From: Escherichia phage vB_EcoM_NBG2
Reading direction: 5' to 3' (one strand)
Sequence record: NC_054925.1
DNA length: 64,000 nucleotides
Shown here: positions 19,814 to 29,941 of the stretch, one piece after another
Layout: each line of letters starts with the position of its first letter
Numbering within the stretch: the stretch's first letter is position 1
The notes under the pieces: generated by a model
Database searches by the model: none
The model's input: only the letters and a program-made list of their open reading frames with translations
What the model was told of the DNA's origin: nothing
Made by a program: the position numbers and the translations under genes

Positions 19814-21270
19814 AAACCAGTTACCTCATGAAAATCACCAAATACATCCTCGAATGTATTAGCTTTAGTTTTATCTTCACGTAAACGAATCGCAATTGGA
19901 AGAAATAATTTAACGTAATCAGTGCGACCATCAGATTTTAACCAACCATTGCATTCGCACTCTAGAATTTTTCCAATATAATAATTTTGGTTTTCCATAA
20001 TGCGAGTACGGTCAAGTTCATGTGATTTTACACCGGCTTTATCTTTTAAGCCTGAACCAGCATTTACTTTAATTTTTCCACACTCTGATTCAAGAATAAA
20101 TCCACCCGCTTTAGTAGGGTCTTTACGGTGAGGATAAATTCCTACAATTTTTAAATCAACATCAATTACTTCTTTAAATTTATAGAGATTTTTTGAACGA
20201 GCATTTTCCCACAATCCATCGGTATTTTTGAGAATAATACCTTCAAGACCTTGGTCAATATATTTTTTATAAATTACCTTAGCTTCATCTAGGTTATTTA
20301 CTACTTGGTTTTCAATTAAAATTACTTTATCATATCCTGATGTCATTTGTTCTAGTTTAGAAAAACGTACATCATATTTTAAACGAAACGCCGGAAGACC
20401 GTATATTTCTACCAACGGAACATAATCCCAGACCTGAAACTTCATACATTGGGCTTCTTTTTCTGAAATAGTTCCCTTTAAAGATTTATTAGCGATTCCA
20501 TTAGAAGCAGTACGAGATTCAGCTACTTCTGTGAAGTCTTTAGCTTTGCTAATTTCAGGAGTGTCAAAAAGAAAATCTAGGCCTTCTGGTTCCTTTTTAA
20601 CTTGCTCATGGTATACCAATTCGCCATCAATTAACACACCTTCTGGATGAATCTGGCGGGCTTCAGCGGTCATTTTGATTAACTCTTCCTTAAGAAGATC
20701 TAATCCTAGATATTCATTACCAGCTCGTGATAAAAGACGAACATCATCTAATTCATCTCCTCTGACTTCAGCAAAACACCGGGCTCCATCTGCTTTTAAC
20801 TGCGCAAAAGCTGGAAATTTGATATTCTTACTAATGCCTTTTTCATCATAAGAACTTGCAAGCATTTGAGGTTGTTCAGGAATTAAACCTGGCCAAACTT
20901 TGTTTGCAATAGATACTGAAGCACCGCATTCAAGGTCTCGCATCATAACTCGGCGCAAAACTTCAACATCATCCTTTTTACCATCGGTGATATATCCAGT
21001 TAATTCCTCAATTGCTGCATTTCCAGTCAATTTCCGAGTAGCTAACGTAAATTCAATAAAGTCAAGCATATCGGTAATGGTCAGCATTCCAAAACTCTGG
21101 GTAGCAATACCAGGCTTAGGCCATTTCTTGATATAATACTGTAACCCACGAGAATAAGTCAGACGATATACTCGTTTAAGCAATTCATTATCTTTATTCT
21201 TTTCAAGAATTGCTTGCTTCTGCTTAGTTGATCCAATAGATGCTATTTCATTCAGAATTTTAAGAATCAT
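19810..21270 (-). CDS. 30: ATP-dependent DNA ligase
   Basis: 486 aa, MILKILNEIASIGSTKQKQAILEKNKDNELLKRVYRL...; adenylation motif FAQLKADGARC (KxDG). Confidence 0.97.
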   Translation of the reverse strand: MILKILNEIASIGSTKQKQAILEKNKDNELLKRVYRLTYSRGLQYYIKKWPKPGIATQSFGMLTITDMLDFIEFTLATRKLTGNAAIEELTGYITDGKKDDVEVLRRVMMRDLECGASVSIANKVWPGLIPEQPQMLASSYDEKGISKNIKFPAFAQLKADGARCFAEVRGDELDDVRLLSRAGNEYLGLDLLKEELIKMTAEARQIHPEGVLIDGELVYHEQVKKEPEGLDFLFDTPEISKAKDFTEVAESRTASNGIANKSLKGTISEKEAQCMKFQVWDYVPLVEIYGLPAFRLKYDVRFSKLEQMTSGYDKVILIENQVVNNLDEAKVIYKKYIDQGLEGIILKNTDGLWENARSKNLYKFKEVIDVDLKIVGIYPHRKDPTKAGGFILESECGKIKVNAGSGLKDKAGVKSHELDRTRIMENQNYYIGKILECECNGWLKSDGRTDYVKLFLPIAIRLREDKTKANTFEDVFGDFHEVTGL

Positions 21271-21536
21271 TGTTCATCCTTCAGAGTTTGATTTACATCT
21301 CTATTATAAATCAATTCATCATTAAGCTCAGGCAAAGACTTATGATATGTAGTTCTAACTTTATTTCCTTGCATCCAGTGCTTGACGTAAATGAAACCTT
21401 GCTCTACACATTTTTTAAAAATTCGTTCGTCTTTTTGAGCACGGAATTCTGGATTGCATCTAAAAAATTGATTTACGTGACCGTAATCACGTGTAGTATT
21501 ACCTTCATTTTCATAAATAGTATGAACAACAAACAT
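21267..21536 (-). CDS. hypothetical protein (30.1 position)
   Basis: 89-aa ORF overlapping the gene 30 start. Confidence 0.6.
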   Translation of the reverse strand: MFVVHTIYENEGNTTRDYGHVNQFFRCNPEFRAQKDERIFKKCVEQGFIYVKHWMQGNKVRTTYHKSLPELNDELIYNRDVNQTLKDEQ

Positions 21537-22381
21537 TAGAATGCTCCTTGAAAAATATTATCACCACTAGTAGGTCTATTATACAAATACTCTATGCCAC
21601 CAGGTTTAATATAGTTCCATGTCTGAAACGGATATGTCTGATATGGATAATATGGATGATATAGATTATAAGGATTAAATCCAGGCGTTCTCCAGGTAGT
21701 GTTCCAAGGAAAAGAATCGTTTTTAACCATCTTCTCAATTACATCTTTTATAGCTTTTTCACTATCAAAATTTTCTTTATTTTCCTTCGGTGAAAAAAGC
21801 TTATTTTCTACATCATTCCATGTATAAACTCGCTGAGCAGTTTTTGGAATATTGTCACGTTCTCCTCGAGCCATCCAATAAACCGGAACATTTAATATTT
21901 CACTCGCGTGGTCGCAGTGGTGAGCGAGATCGTCAATATAACAAATTACGTTATATTTCTCTTTTGCCTTTTTAAACAACTCTTCTTTTGAAGAATCATG
22001 ACCACACATCATTACTTCTGAGAAGGCACCAGGAAAAAGAGCATTCAAATTAAATTGACGATTTAATAGAGCATCAATAGAATCACCCAATGCTGTAACA
22101 GCTACAAAATTATAATCTTCTTTTAATTTGTTAATTACACACAGGGCATCTTTATACGGAGACAAGTAACGAATAAAATCTGAACGATTGTATTTTTCAA
22201 TTAACTTGACGCCAAGTTCTTCGTCACAATTAAAGAGTTTACCTGGAGAAATAAATTTCTCATCTTGGATCATTTTTAAAATATGTTCTAATGGAAGATT
22301 ATATTTCTGAGCAAAATAAGGAAGGCCTGATTGCCAGCTTAAACATACTCCATCAATATCAGTCAAAATAGTTGGCTTCAT
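21536..22381 (-). CDS. HAD-superfamily-like hydrolase (30.2 position)
   Basis: 281 aa; N-terminal LTDIDGV resembles the HAD motif I DxDG. Confidence 0.6.
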   Translation of the reverse strand: MKPTILTDIDGVCLSWQSGLPYFAQKYNLPLEHILKMIQDEKFISPGKLFNCDEELGVKLIEKYNRSDFIRYLSPYKDALCVINKLKEDYNFVAVTALGDSIDALLNRQFNLNALFPGAFSEVMMCGHDSSKEELFKKAKEKYNVICYIDDLAHHCDHASEILNVPVYWMARGERDNIPKTAQRVYTWNDVENKLFSPKENKENFDSEKAIKDVIEKMVKNDSFPWNTTWRTPGFNPYNLYHPYYPYQTYPFQTWNYIKPGGIEYLYNRPTSGDNIFQGAF

Positions 22382-22842
22382 AGAGAGTCTCTTAATAGGT
22401 TTAACACATCAATAAATTCAGCTTCGGTTAGTATTGTATCATCTTTTGTTAGACCACTAGCCATGCTGTGCTTCAAAACTTTTCCTTTCGAGGCTTGTAA
22501 TGCATCACGAAAGCCCCTGTTTTGGATCGCTGCTTCAAAATATGCATTTGTGTATAATTCTTTCCATGCTTCGGAATATCTTGAAAACGGAGTTCCAAGC
22601 CAGAACAACGTGCCACGGTCCTGAGCTCTTGCATAAGCTCGTCCAGCTTTTTGCGCATCCAACCCGGACATCCCAAATATGCGTCTTTGCTGTTCAACAT
22701 TTTTCACCTTACACCCTTGGAGGAATCCTTCGAGACCTCCAAATTGGATACCATCCATAACGAAAGGCCATTGGGCGAAATTGCTTAATGCACATGATGG
22801 CCATCTAAAATTGCTTCTTATCTCTAGCTCAGACATTTTCAA
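22378..22842 (-). CDS. NADAR / YbiA-like (DUF1768) domain protein (30.3 position)
   Basis: 154 aa; LSNFAQWPFVMDGIQF matches the YbiA core FSNFAAWPIKVDGKTW. Confidence 0.65.
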   Translation of the reverse strand: MKMSELEIRSNFRWPSCALSNFAQWPFVMDGIQFGGLEGFLQGCKVKNVEQQRRIFGMSGLDAQKAGRAYARAQDRGTLFWLGTPFSRYSEAWKELYTNAYFEAAIQNRGFRDALQASKGKVLKHSMASGLTKDDTILTEAEFIDVLNLLRDSL

Positions 22843-23035
22843 TACTTATAATTTCAACATCAGCCCAATGACCATAGCAAGGAAGACGAAATTCAACTGG
22901 CCAGTTAGGGTCCTTTTCTAATATAATAGACTTAACTTGTGGTTCTTCATGTTCATCGGTATACGGACCTTTATACGTTACTTTATATGTGACCTTAATG
23001 TACTGAATTCCAAAAATCTTATTAATTATATTCAT
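22829..23035 (-). CDS. hypothetical protein
   Basis: 68-aa ORF in the co-oriented 30.x block. Confidence 0.5.
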   Translation of the reverse strand: MNIINKIFGIQYIKVTYKVTYKGPYTDEHEEPQVKSIILEKDPNWPVEFRLPCYGHWADVEIISIENV

Positions 23036-23229
23036 ACTAATTCCTTTAATCCATAGATAGGAGATAATTCATCACCCATACGAAGGTCTTCATTTCCATC
23101 TACCCAGGAAACAATATAAGCCTCTTTTATTTGAACGTCTCTCCATTTAAATGCAGGCAAAACCTTAGAAATTAATCCAGGTATACCGACTCCCTTTAAT
23201 TCAACAGTTTGACCCAAAAAGAATTTCAT
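23032..23229 (-). CDS. hypothetical protein
   Basis: 65-aa ORF in the co-oriented 30.x block. Confidence 0.5.
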   Translation of the reverse strand: MKFFLGQTVELKGVGIPGLISKVLPAFKWRDVQIKEAYIVSWVDGNEDLRMGDELSPIYGLKELV

Positions 23230-23516
23230 TAGAACCTCATCTGAAATCCGTGCGATTTAACATTACCACCACCAATGTCAGAAATATTAATTTCACTCGC
23301 AATTGAAGGGTCAATGTCAATTTCACGATTGAGTTTAATGATTGCTAGAGTATCACGTCCATTTACAGTACGGAACTCTAAAGGACATACTACATTAACG
23401 TAGTTTTTAATCGATTCACTGGTAGGCTGCAAATGAGCAGGAAGGTCTTTAGGCGCCTTAGAGAAAACCACTTCACAGAAATTTTTGCGGGTATCAAAAT
23501 AAGTAGTCATAAACAT
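23229..23516 (-). CDS. hypothetical protein (start moved to internal Met after a stem-loop)
   Basis: Track ORF runs to 23567, but a ggggccgaagcccc hairpin sits at 23534-23547 and GAGGAAAatactATG gives a better start. Confidence 0.5.
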   Translation of the reverse strand: MFMTTYFDTRKNFCEVVFSKAPKDLPAHLQPTSESIKNYVNVVCPLEFRTVNGRDTLAIIKLNREIDIDPSIASEINISDIGGGNVKSHGFQMRF

Positions 23517-23556
23517 AGTATTTTCCTCAGTAAGGGGCCGAAGCCCCTGTTTTATT

Positions 23557-23934
23557 TTAAATATCAAATTCGTTAAGAACTACATCAAAGATTGCTTCAA
23601 GATGCTCAGGTTTAGCTCTGTTACTCAGAATATGACGAATCCAAGTTTTAACCAGAAGCTTACGATTGACGCCATTCCAACAAGGATGAGTCCCTAAATC
23701 ACGTTGACGAAAATCATCATCCAGAGCGATTTTAAAAGAAGAACCTTCTTTCGTGATTGAAACCGTAATGCCATTTTCAAATCGCATATAAACGTAGTTA
23801 GGAGTCATATACTGTTCAATTTCGCATACTGATCCATTTTGATGTTTCCAAAGGCAAATAGTATCAATAGAACCTGCAATACCGTTAGAAACATATTTAC
23901 GTTCAAAGTTAATGTAGTTCATTTTATTCTCCAA
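23557..23934 (-). CDS. hypothetical protein (30.7 position)
   Basis: 125-aa ORF. Confidence 0.55.
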   Translation of the reverse strand: MENKMNYINFERKYVSNGIAGSIDTICLWKHQNGSVCEIEQYMTPNYVYMRFENGITVSITKEGSSFKIALDDDFRQRDLGTHPCWNGVNRKLLVKTWIRHILSNRAKPEHLEAIFDVVLNEFDI

Positions 23935-23944
23935 GATGTTTAAT

Positions 23945-23990
23945 TGCGGTACAGGTATATAATATCATATCCTGTACCAAAGTAAACAAT
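23945..23990 (-). promoter_or_regulatory. early-type promoter with embedded inverted repeat
   Basis: Minus strand GTTTAC-N17-TATTAT; inverted repeat GGTACAGG-N15-CCTGTACC spans the spacer and -10. Confidence 0.45.
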
Positions 23991-24322
23991 TATTTTACTA
24001 ATTTCCAATGCTTCATGTCAAGTTTGCCAACTTTTTTCATCTTCTCAATTAAGCGTTCGGCACGCTGGCGAGCTGTAACATAATACCATTCACCCAATTC
24101 ATTTTGTTCAATTTTTCCAACGATTACTGTATTCAATTCATAAATCCAACCAGTAAAGAAATTATGAACTTGAATTGTAAAGGTGAAATCTGTTCCCATA
24201 CCTTCTGTTGTTTCTACTTCAACAATATCACCTTCAACTGCCATTAAGAACCACATAGTTTCATCATATTTACCATTGAAGCATTTAGTTTTAACTGCAG
24301 CGTTCAGATTAATCGTTTTCAT
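23990..24322 (-). CDS. hypothetical protein (30.8 position)
   Basis: 110-aa ORF. Confidence 0.55.
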   Translation of the reverse strand: MKTINLNAAVKTKCFNGKYDETMWFLMAVEGDIVEVETTEGMGTDFTFTIQVHNFFTGWIYELNTVIVGKIEQNELGEWYYVTARQRAERLIEKMKKVGKLDMKHWKLVK

Positions 24323-24342
24323 TTTATTCTCCTTTGTTTGTG

Positions 24343-24385
24343 TAAGATAATACTATCACAAAGGAACCATACTGTAAACAACTTT
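24343..24385 (-). promoter_or_regulatory. early-type promoter
   Basis: Minus strand GTTTACA-N17-TGATAGTAT. Confidence 0.45.
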
Positions 24386-24399
24386 GTGCAATCTTTGGA

Positions 24400-24427
24400 A
24401 AATAAAAAAGGACTCCCGAAGGAGTCC
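24400..24427 (-). terminator. rho-independent terminator downstream of 30.9
   Basis: ggactcc-cgaa-ggagtcc hairpin followed by UUUUUU on the minus-strand transcript. Confidence 0.7.
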
Positions 24428-24432
24428 TCAAC

Positions 24433-24651
24433 TTATGCTTTCTGCTTACCAAAACGAGAAGCATCATCTCGAAGAACCGCACGTGCTCGGCGCATGATCT
24501 TCTCAACAGTTTGATTGATACGAGAGTTCGACCCACGCTTGTAACCAGCGCGTTTAGAATCACCAACTTTCTTTTCAACTGCTTTCTTTGCTTTAGCTTG
24601 TTTTGCCATTATAAATTCTCTTTTAAATGAAAATGCAGGACTTATTGGCAT
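24433..24651 (-). CDS. small basic protein (30.9 position); start may be the internal Met at 24609
   Basis: 72-aa ORF, or 58 aa from MAKQAKAKKAVEKK...; Lys/Arg-rich. Confidence 0.55.
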   Translation of the reverse strand: MPISPAFSFKREFIMAKQAKAKKAVEKKVGDSKRAGYKRGSNSRINQTVEKIMRRARAVLRDDASRFGKQKA

Positions 24652-25006
24652 TGCCTGCGCAAGCCCTCAAGGGGAACATAGGTTTTGTATATTTACCGAC
24701 AGGATAACCATAAACCTCGTCAACATACCTTATAGCTCTTATCTGTTGCACACCGTTAGCTTAAAGGTTCCGGGTTCGATTTCTCGAGGATAAGATATAT
24801 ACTGATGGATATATAGGCCTTGAGGCGTACTCCCGATTGGCCATCACCTCGGGGTAGCATGCACTTGCCGCTATAAGAATAACATTCAAGAGGTACACCA
24901 TAAAACTGCCGGGGTCTTAAAACTATAATGATTCGCAAATCATTAATCAGACAGTTCGATGGCTCCTCGATTTTAGCTCACACTAAGGCAGTGAATCTCC
25001 AATAAA
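24652..25006. other. unusually long GC-enriched non-coding gap between rIII and 30.9; candidate structured RNA
   Basis: About 355 nt with no convincing ORF; GC-rich blocks and several stem-loops including an 8-bp helix 24818-24825 with 24847-24854. Confidence 0.4.
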
Positions 25007-25255
25007 TTACTTCAGTGTTACCACAAAGTGACGAACTGCTTTTCGTGCGGCAGAAGCCAGAGGCTTAGCATATTTAAGTTCATCTTTTTCCTGGAGCTCA
25101 GCAGCTAATGCAGTTTGAGCAGGATTCAGATGTTTGAAATAACGCAGGATTTCAAGAGCTTCGGCTTCAACATCAATAGATGCGCCATAGTTTTCGTGAC
25201 CATTATTCCATGCGTTTCGTTGCAGTTCAAGAGCGTGTTGTAATTGTTTAATCAT
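25007..25255 (-). CDS. rIII: lysis inhibition accessory protein rIII
   Basis: 82 aa, MIKQLQHALELQRNAWNNGHENYG...; between 31 and 30.9 as in T4. Confidence 0.88.
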   Translation of the reverse strand: MIKQLQHALELQRNAWNNGHENYGASIDVEAEALEILRYFKHLNPAQTALAAELQEKDELKYAKPLASAARKAVRHFVVTLK

Positions 25256-25394
25256 TTAAAAATTCTCGTTAGAGATTAAAACTCGGTAGTCACGTTCTTC
25301 TGAATTTCATCTTCTTTCGACAGATCTCTCAGTTGTAGACTACCACGTAGAATTGTTCGGTTAACTTATTATTCCGACACCCAATTCATATTAT

Positions 25395-25402
25395 TATTTA
25401 TA
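25395..25402 (-). promoter_or_regulatory. late promoter core TATAAATA upstream of rIII
   Basis: TATAAATA on minus strand overlapping the gene 31 stop. Confidence 0.4.
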
Positions 25403-25738
25403 TCACTTATAAAGACACGGAATAGCTTTATAATGACATGTTACGAATTTTTGTTTAATTTCTTTTGGCTGCTTAAGACCCAGAGCTACAAAAGGATGCG
25501 GAACGTTTCGAATTTGACCAACTGGAAGAGAAGTCAAATCACCAACTTCGCAGAAACCTTCAGGAACATCAGGACCAACAGAGTGAACTACACACAGTTC
25601 AGGAACTTCACCTTGAACACGTTTACCGATAATAAGTCCTGATTCTGTAACTTCTTCATCACCGGCTTGCGCAGGTTCAGAAACTAAAATAACATATTCA
25701 CCGACAGCACGAATTGGTAGCTGTTGTACTTCAGACAT
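25403..25738 (-). CDS. 31: co-chaperonin gp31 (GroES analogue)
   Basis: 111 aa, [38 protein letters not shown]... Confidence 0.93.
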
Positions 25739-25794
25739 CGTTTTTCCTTTTTGTTAACAGATGAATTAATAATAACAAATAATTCTTAAAGCAT

Positions 25795-26103
25795 TTATTT
25801 ACCAATAAATTGAAGCAAATGCTCAACTTTCATACCATTAACGGAAATCAATTTGTCAATAGAAAAACCTCGCCATGCACCAAGCTCAACATCAAATACT
25901 GGAATCATATCAGTAGATTCTTTCCGAGTAGATTCAGTCAATTTACCAGTTTGCATGGTTGGCATAAAGTCAGCATCACGAGTACCTTTCATAGTACGAA
26001 TAGTACCGTCAGACTTTTCAAAAACCACGTTTGAAATACCCATAGACAATTTAGTTTTCAAAATTTCACGAATTGCTACTTTTTGTTCAGTCGTCAGTTT
26101 CAT
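25795..26103 (-). CDS. hypothetical protein (31.1 position)
   Basis: 102-aa ORF. Confidence 0.55.
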   Translation of the reverse strand: MKLTTEQKVAIREILKTKLSMGISNVVFEKSDGTIRTMKGTRDADFMPTMQTGKLTESTRKESTDMIPVFDVELGAWRGFSIDKLISVNGMKVEHLLQFIGK

Positions 26104-26340
26104 TTATTTACCTATCACAGTTTTAATATGAGTTGTTCCACGTTCTTTAAGAGTGGAAAGCAATTTTTGGCATTTTTCTAAATCAGATTTCCAACTATAC
26201 GGTCTATCAATACAAACCCAGTTTGACTTATAATACTGCTTCCATTTAGAGAAAAAATACTTCTTATACTCTACAGCAAATGAAATGTTCTCGTTGGAAT
26301 AAGAACTAATTGCTGTGAGTTGTACCAAACGAAATTTCAT
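26104..26340 (-). CDS. hypothetical protein (31.2 position)
   Basis: 78-aa ORF. Confidence 0.55.
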   Translation of the reverse strand: MKFRLVQLTAISSYSNENISFAVEYKKYFFSKWKQYYKSNWVCIDRPYSWKSDLEKCQKLLSTLKERGTTHIKTVIGK

Positions 26341-26921
26341 TATTCACCACAGAATTCGTTGATATTTTCCCAGTTTAACTTATTCAAGTTTTTCTTAGGA
26401 ACATTGAACACTTCAATACCCGCATTTCGCAGAATATCATCCCAACCAGGTTTATTTTTATCGTATGTTTCGCAATAAACCAGCTTTTTAATTCCAGATT
26501 GAGCTATCGCTTTTGCACAATCTGGACAAGGAGAAAGTGTTACATACATAGTAGCACCTTCAATTGAAGAACCATTTCGTGCAGCAAACAAAATTGCATT
26601 TAGTTCAGCATGAATTTCATTTTTAGACGACCATTCAGAATGAGCGCTGCGGTGTTCTTTCGCCAAAACAAAACGATCAGTTGAACCAAATGATACGCAT
26701 TCAGGCTTATGACCTTGAATGATAGTATGTTTAGGCTTATTCAGCAACCAACCTTGCTCAGCAGCATAATCACAACAGTTCACACCACCTGCCGGAGAAC
26801 CGTTATATCCAGTAGAAATAATACGTCCATTCTTTTCAATTACTGCTCCTACCTTCCAGGAGCAACATTTTGATTCTTGTGATACTAAATATGCAATTTG
26901 AAGTACTGTACTCGCTTTCAT
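26340..26921 (-). CDS. cd: dCMP deaminase
   Basis: 193 aa; zinc-binding deaminase motifs HAELNAI and SPCPDCAKAI. Confidence 0.95.
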   Translation of the reverse strand: MKASTVLQIAYLVSQESKCCSWKVGAVIEKNGRIISTGYNGSPAGGVNCCDYAAEQGWLLNKPKHTIIQGHKPECVSFGSTDRFVLAKEHRSAHSEWSSKNEIHAELNAILFAARNGSSIEGATMYVTLSPCPDCAKAIAQSGIKKLVYCETYDKNKPGWDDILRNAGIEVFNVPKKNLNKLNWENINEFCGE

Positions 26922-27256
26922 TTCATAATCACCAGATAAGCAGATTTAGCAGTTTCAACACGATAAATTTCGTGACGAAGTTTAGTTATACTTTTAATAA
27001 CAGAACTAATTATATTCTGCCCGTCTTTAAAGCGGTTTTTCTTATCAATAAAAATTGCACCAGCCATCTTTTTGTGAAGCTCAACTGGATACTTCGTCAC
27101 AATAATAGCATCATACACAGAAGGATGAATACTGTTCACCAGAGTATCATTCATTAAAGTTATTCTAATGAACTGTGCTGTTTCAGAATCAAGCGCTCTA
27201 TGATCGCCAGTATCATTTTCAAGACAATTATCAATTATATCAGTTAAATTCATCAT
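26918..27256 (-). CDS. hypothetical protein (cd.1 position)
   Basis: 112-aa ORF. Confidence 0.55.
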   Translation of the reverse strand: MMNLTDIIDNCLENDTGDHRALDSETAQFIRITLMNDTLVNSIHPSVYDAIIVTKYPVELHKKMAGAIFIDKKNRFKDGQNIISSVIKSITKLRHEIYRVETAKSAYLVIMK

Positions 27257-27489
27257 AGTACGCCATACACCCTTTGTGCTTCAACTAATCCATCAAAATC
27301 CAGTTTAAGATGCGTTATTTGGTCACCATCACCTGGATTCACAATTACTAATACTGAACGAGGAGTTTCGGTAATAACACGAACCGACGTTTCAGGAAAT
27401 CGTTCAGAAACCTTATTTACCAATTCTTGAGCAAATAGTTTAACTTTTTCTTGGAATTCTTTAACAGTAATTGGTTTTTCGCTTAGCAT
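27253..27489 (-). CDS. hypothetical protein (cd.2 position)
   Basis: 78-aa ORF. Confidence 0.55.
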   Translation of the reverse strand: MLSEKPITVKEFQEKVKLFAQELVNKVSERFPETSVRVITETPRSVLVIVNPGDGDQITHLKLDFDGLVEAQRVYGVL

Positions 27490-28010
27490 GTTGATCCCAG
27501 CTCCTTACTTTCAACGTTTTTAACTAATTTGACAGAAACTAATTCAGCATCTTGAGTAATCATTACCGGACCTTCTTCATACTCTTCAAGATATTCTAGA
27601 GCTTTCTTTTTAGCTTCTTCCTTCGTATCAGTTTGAGCATAGATATAAAACATACAACCAGTAATACCTACTACTTTCCACTTAATTTCTTTATCAGCTT
27701 TAATTTCAAATTTACTGACAGAATCATCTTTTTTAACTTCTTCGAAAAAAGAATATTCTAGCATATAAGCAATTGAAAATAACGGACTAACTTTATAGGA
27801 TTCACCCATTACATCAACAGCTTTATACCAGCAATCGTCAATTTCGCGTTTAATGCTAATAACATTTTTCGCAGGATCTATTTTTACTTTAAATGAATTT
27901 TCCCCAATAAACTGAGCAATTCGTTTATTAGCCCCACAAGTTTCATTAAAAATATCTTTATATCCAGCTTTAAAGCGATAAACCTTATCTTCTTCAAACC
28001 ATTCGCTCAT
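27483..28010 (-). CDS. hypothetical protein (cd.3 position)
   Basis: 175-aa ORF preceded by an early promoter. Confidence 0.55.
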   Translation of the reverse strand: MSEWFEEDKVYRFKAGYKDIFNETCGANKRIAQFIGENSFKVKIDPAKNVISIKREIDDCWYKAVDVMGESYKVSPLFSIAYMLEYSFFEEVKKDDSVSKFEIKADKEIKWKVVGITGCMFYIYAQTDTKEEAKKKALEYLEEYEEGPVMITQDAELVSVKLVKNVESKELGSTC

Positions 28011-28035
28011 TTCAATTTCCTCATTTGTTTTGGTA

Positions 28036-28075
28036 GAGCTATAATATCACAACTCTACCGTAAAGTAAACTATTA
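28036..28075 (-). promoter_or_regulatory. early-type promoter
   Basis: Minus strand GTTTAC-N17-TGATATTAT. Confidence 0.45.
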
Positions 28076-28348
28076 AATTGCTTTGAATTCTGATGTCTGT
28101 GATTCAAAGCGAATATCGCCTTTGATGACTAGCTCAGCATCAAGACCGAATACGACAATGATATGCGCGGAACCTGGATACAGCGTAATTGCAATAGAAT
28201 CCACTTGGTCTGGAAGCAAAGCGTTCAATACATGAGTCACTTGAGCGTGGATTCGAAGTTCAGCTGCATTATCAAGCTTTTCAAACATATTATTAGCGAT
28301 AATTTGGCTAAACACTACTTCTACGATTTTAGAATAAGTCGGAAACAT
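28073..28348 (-). CDS. hypothetical protein (cd.4 position)
   Basis: 91-aa ORF. Confidence 0.5.
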   Translation of the reverse strand: MFPTYSKIVEVVFSQIIANNMFEKLDNAAELRIHAQVTHVLNALLPDQVDSIAITLYPGSAHIIVVFGLDAELVIKGDIRFESQTSEFKAI

Positions 28349-28350
28349 AT

Positions 28351-28551
28351 TTACCTCACATAATTTTCTTCAAGCCAATCAATAACATCCAAAGCGTTAT
28401 CAAAAATTGAACCATCTACTTTGTCTTCTGTTTCATAATCAAGAACATCTAAGCCTACTCTTCCATCAACAATAGGCCATAAACAAAATAGATATTTCTT
28501 TTCTTTTTCAATTTCATCACAAAGTCGATAAATCTTTTCTATGTTATTCAT
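28351..28551 (-). CDS. hypothetical protein (cd.5 position)
   Basis: 66-aa acidic ORF. Confidence 0.5.
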   Translation of the reverse strand: MNNIEKIYRLCDEIEKEKKYLFCLWPIVDGRVGLDVLDYETEDKVDGSIFDNALDVIDWLEENYVR

Positions 28552-28740
28552 AAGTTTTCCATGGTAAAGGCAGTTTAGTTTTCTTTACTGTTAGTTCAAC
28601 ATCAGGATTCTTTTCTCTTAATTTAAGGCATTCCTCCCAAGCCCTAATTTCACTAGTGAATATACAAAATTGCCCATTACTAGTACCAACTAAACCACTG
28701 TTTACAATAACAATAGCCCAAGTTTCATGATGCCAAGCCA

Positions 28741-28741
<1 letters not shown>
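28544..28741 (-). CDS. hypothetical protein (possibly extra relative to T4)
   Basis: 65-aa ORF between the cd.x block and pseT. Confidence 0.45.

Positions 28742-29941
<1,200 letters not shown>

Noticed and set aside
4726-21539. Antisense or alternative-frame ORFs inside uvsW, gp27-gp29, gp48, the alt paralogs and ligase (for example 5457-5714, 10385-10579, 11592-11774, 13698-14036, 15900-16127, 18316-18531, 18865-19283, 20900-21136, 21270-21539)
   Set aside because: Each overlaps a strongly supported gene; no independent start signals; compositions typical of spurious reading frames.
24324-24578. 84-aa ORF overlapping 30.9 and its terminator
   Set aside because: Runs through the terminator hairpin and promoter upstream of 30.8 and overlaps the better-supported basic ORF.
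24765-24790. tRNA-like T-loop motif GGTTCGAT
   Set aside because: Flanking bases do not form a T-stem (no G53-C61 pair) and no acceptor or anticodon stem can be built on either strand.
24756-24938. 60-aa minus-strand ORF inside the rIII-30.9 gap
   Set aside because: Arg/Pro/Cys-rich with atypical composition, no ribosome-binding site, and it lies across GC-rich hairpins; more likely non-coding.
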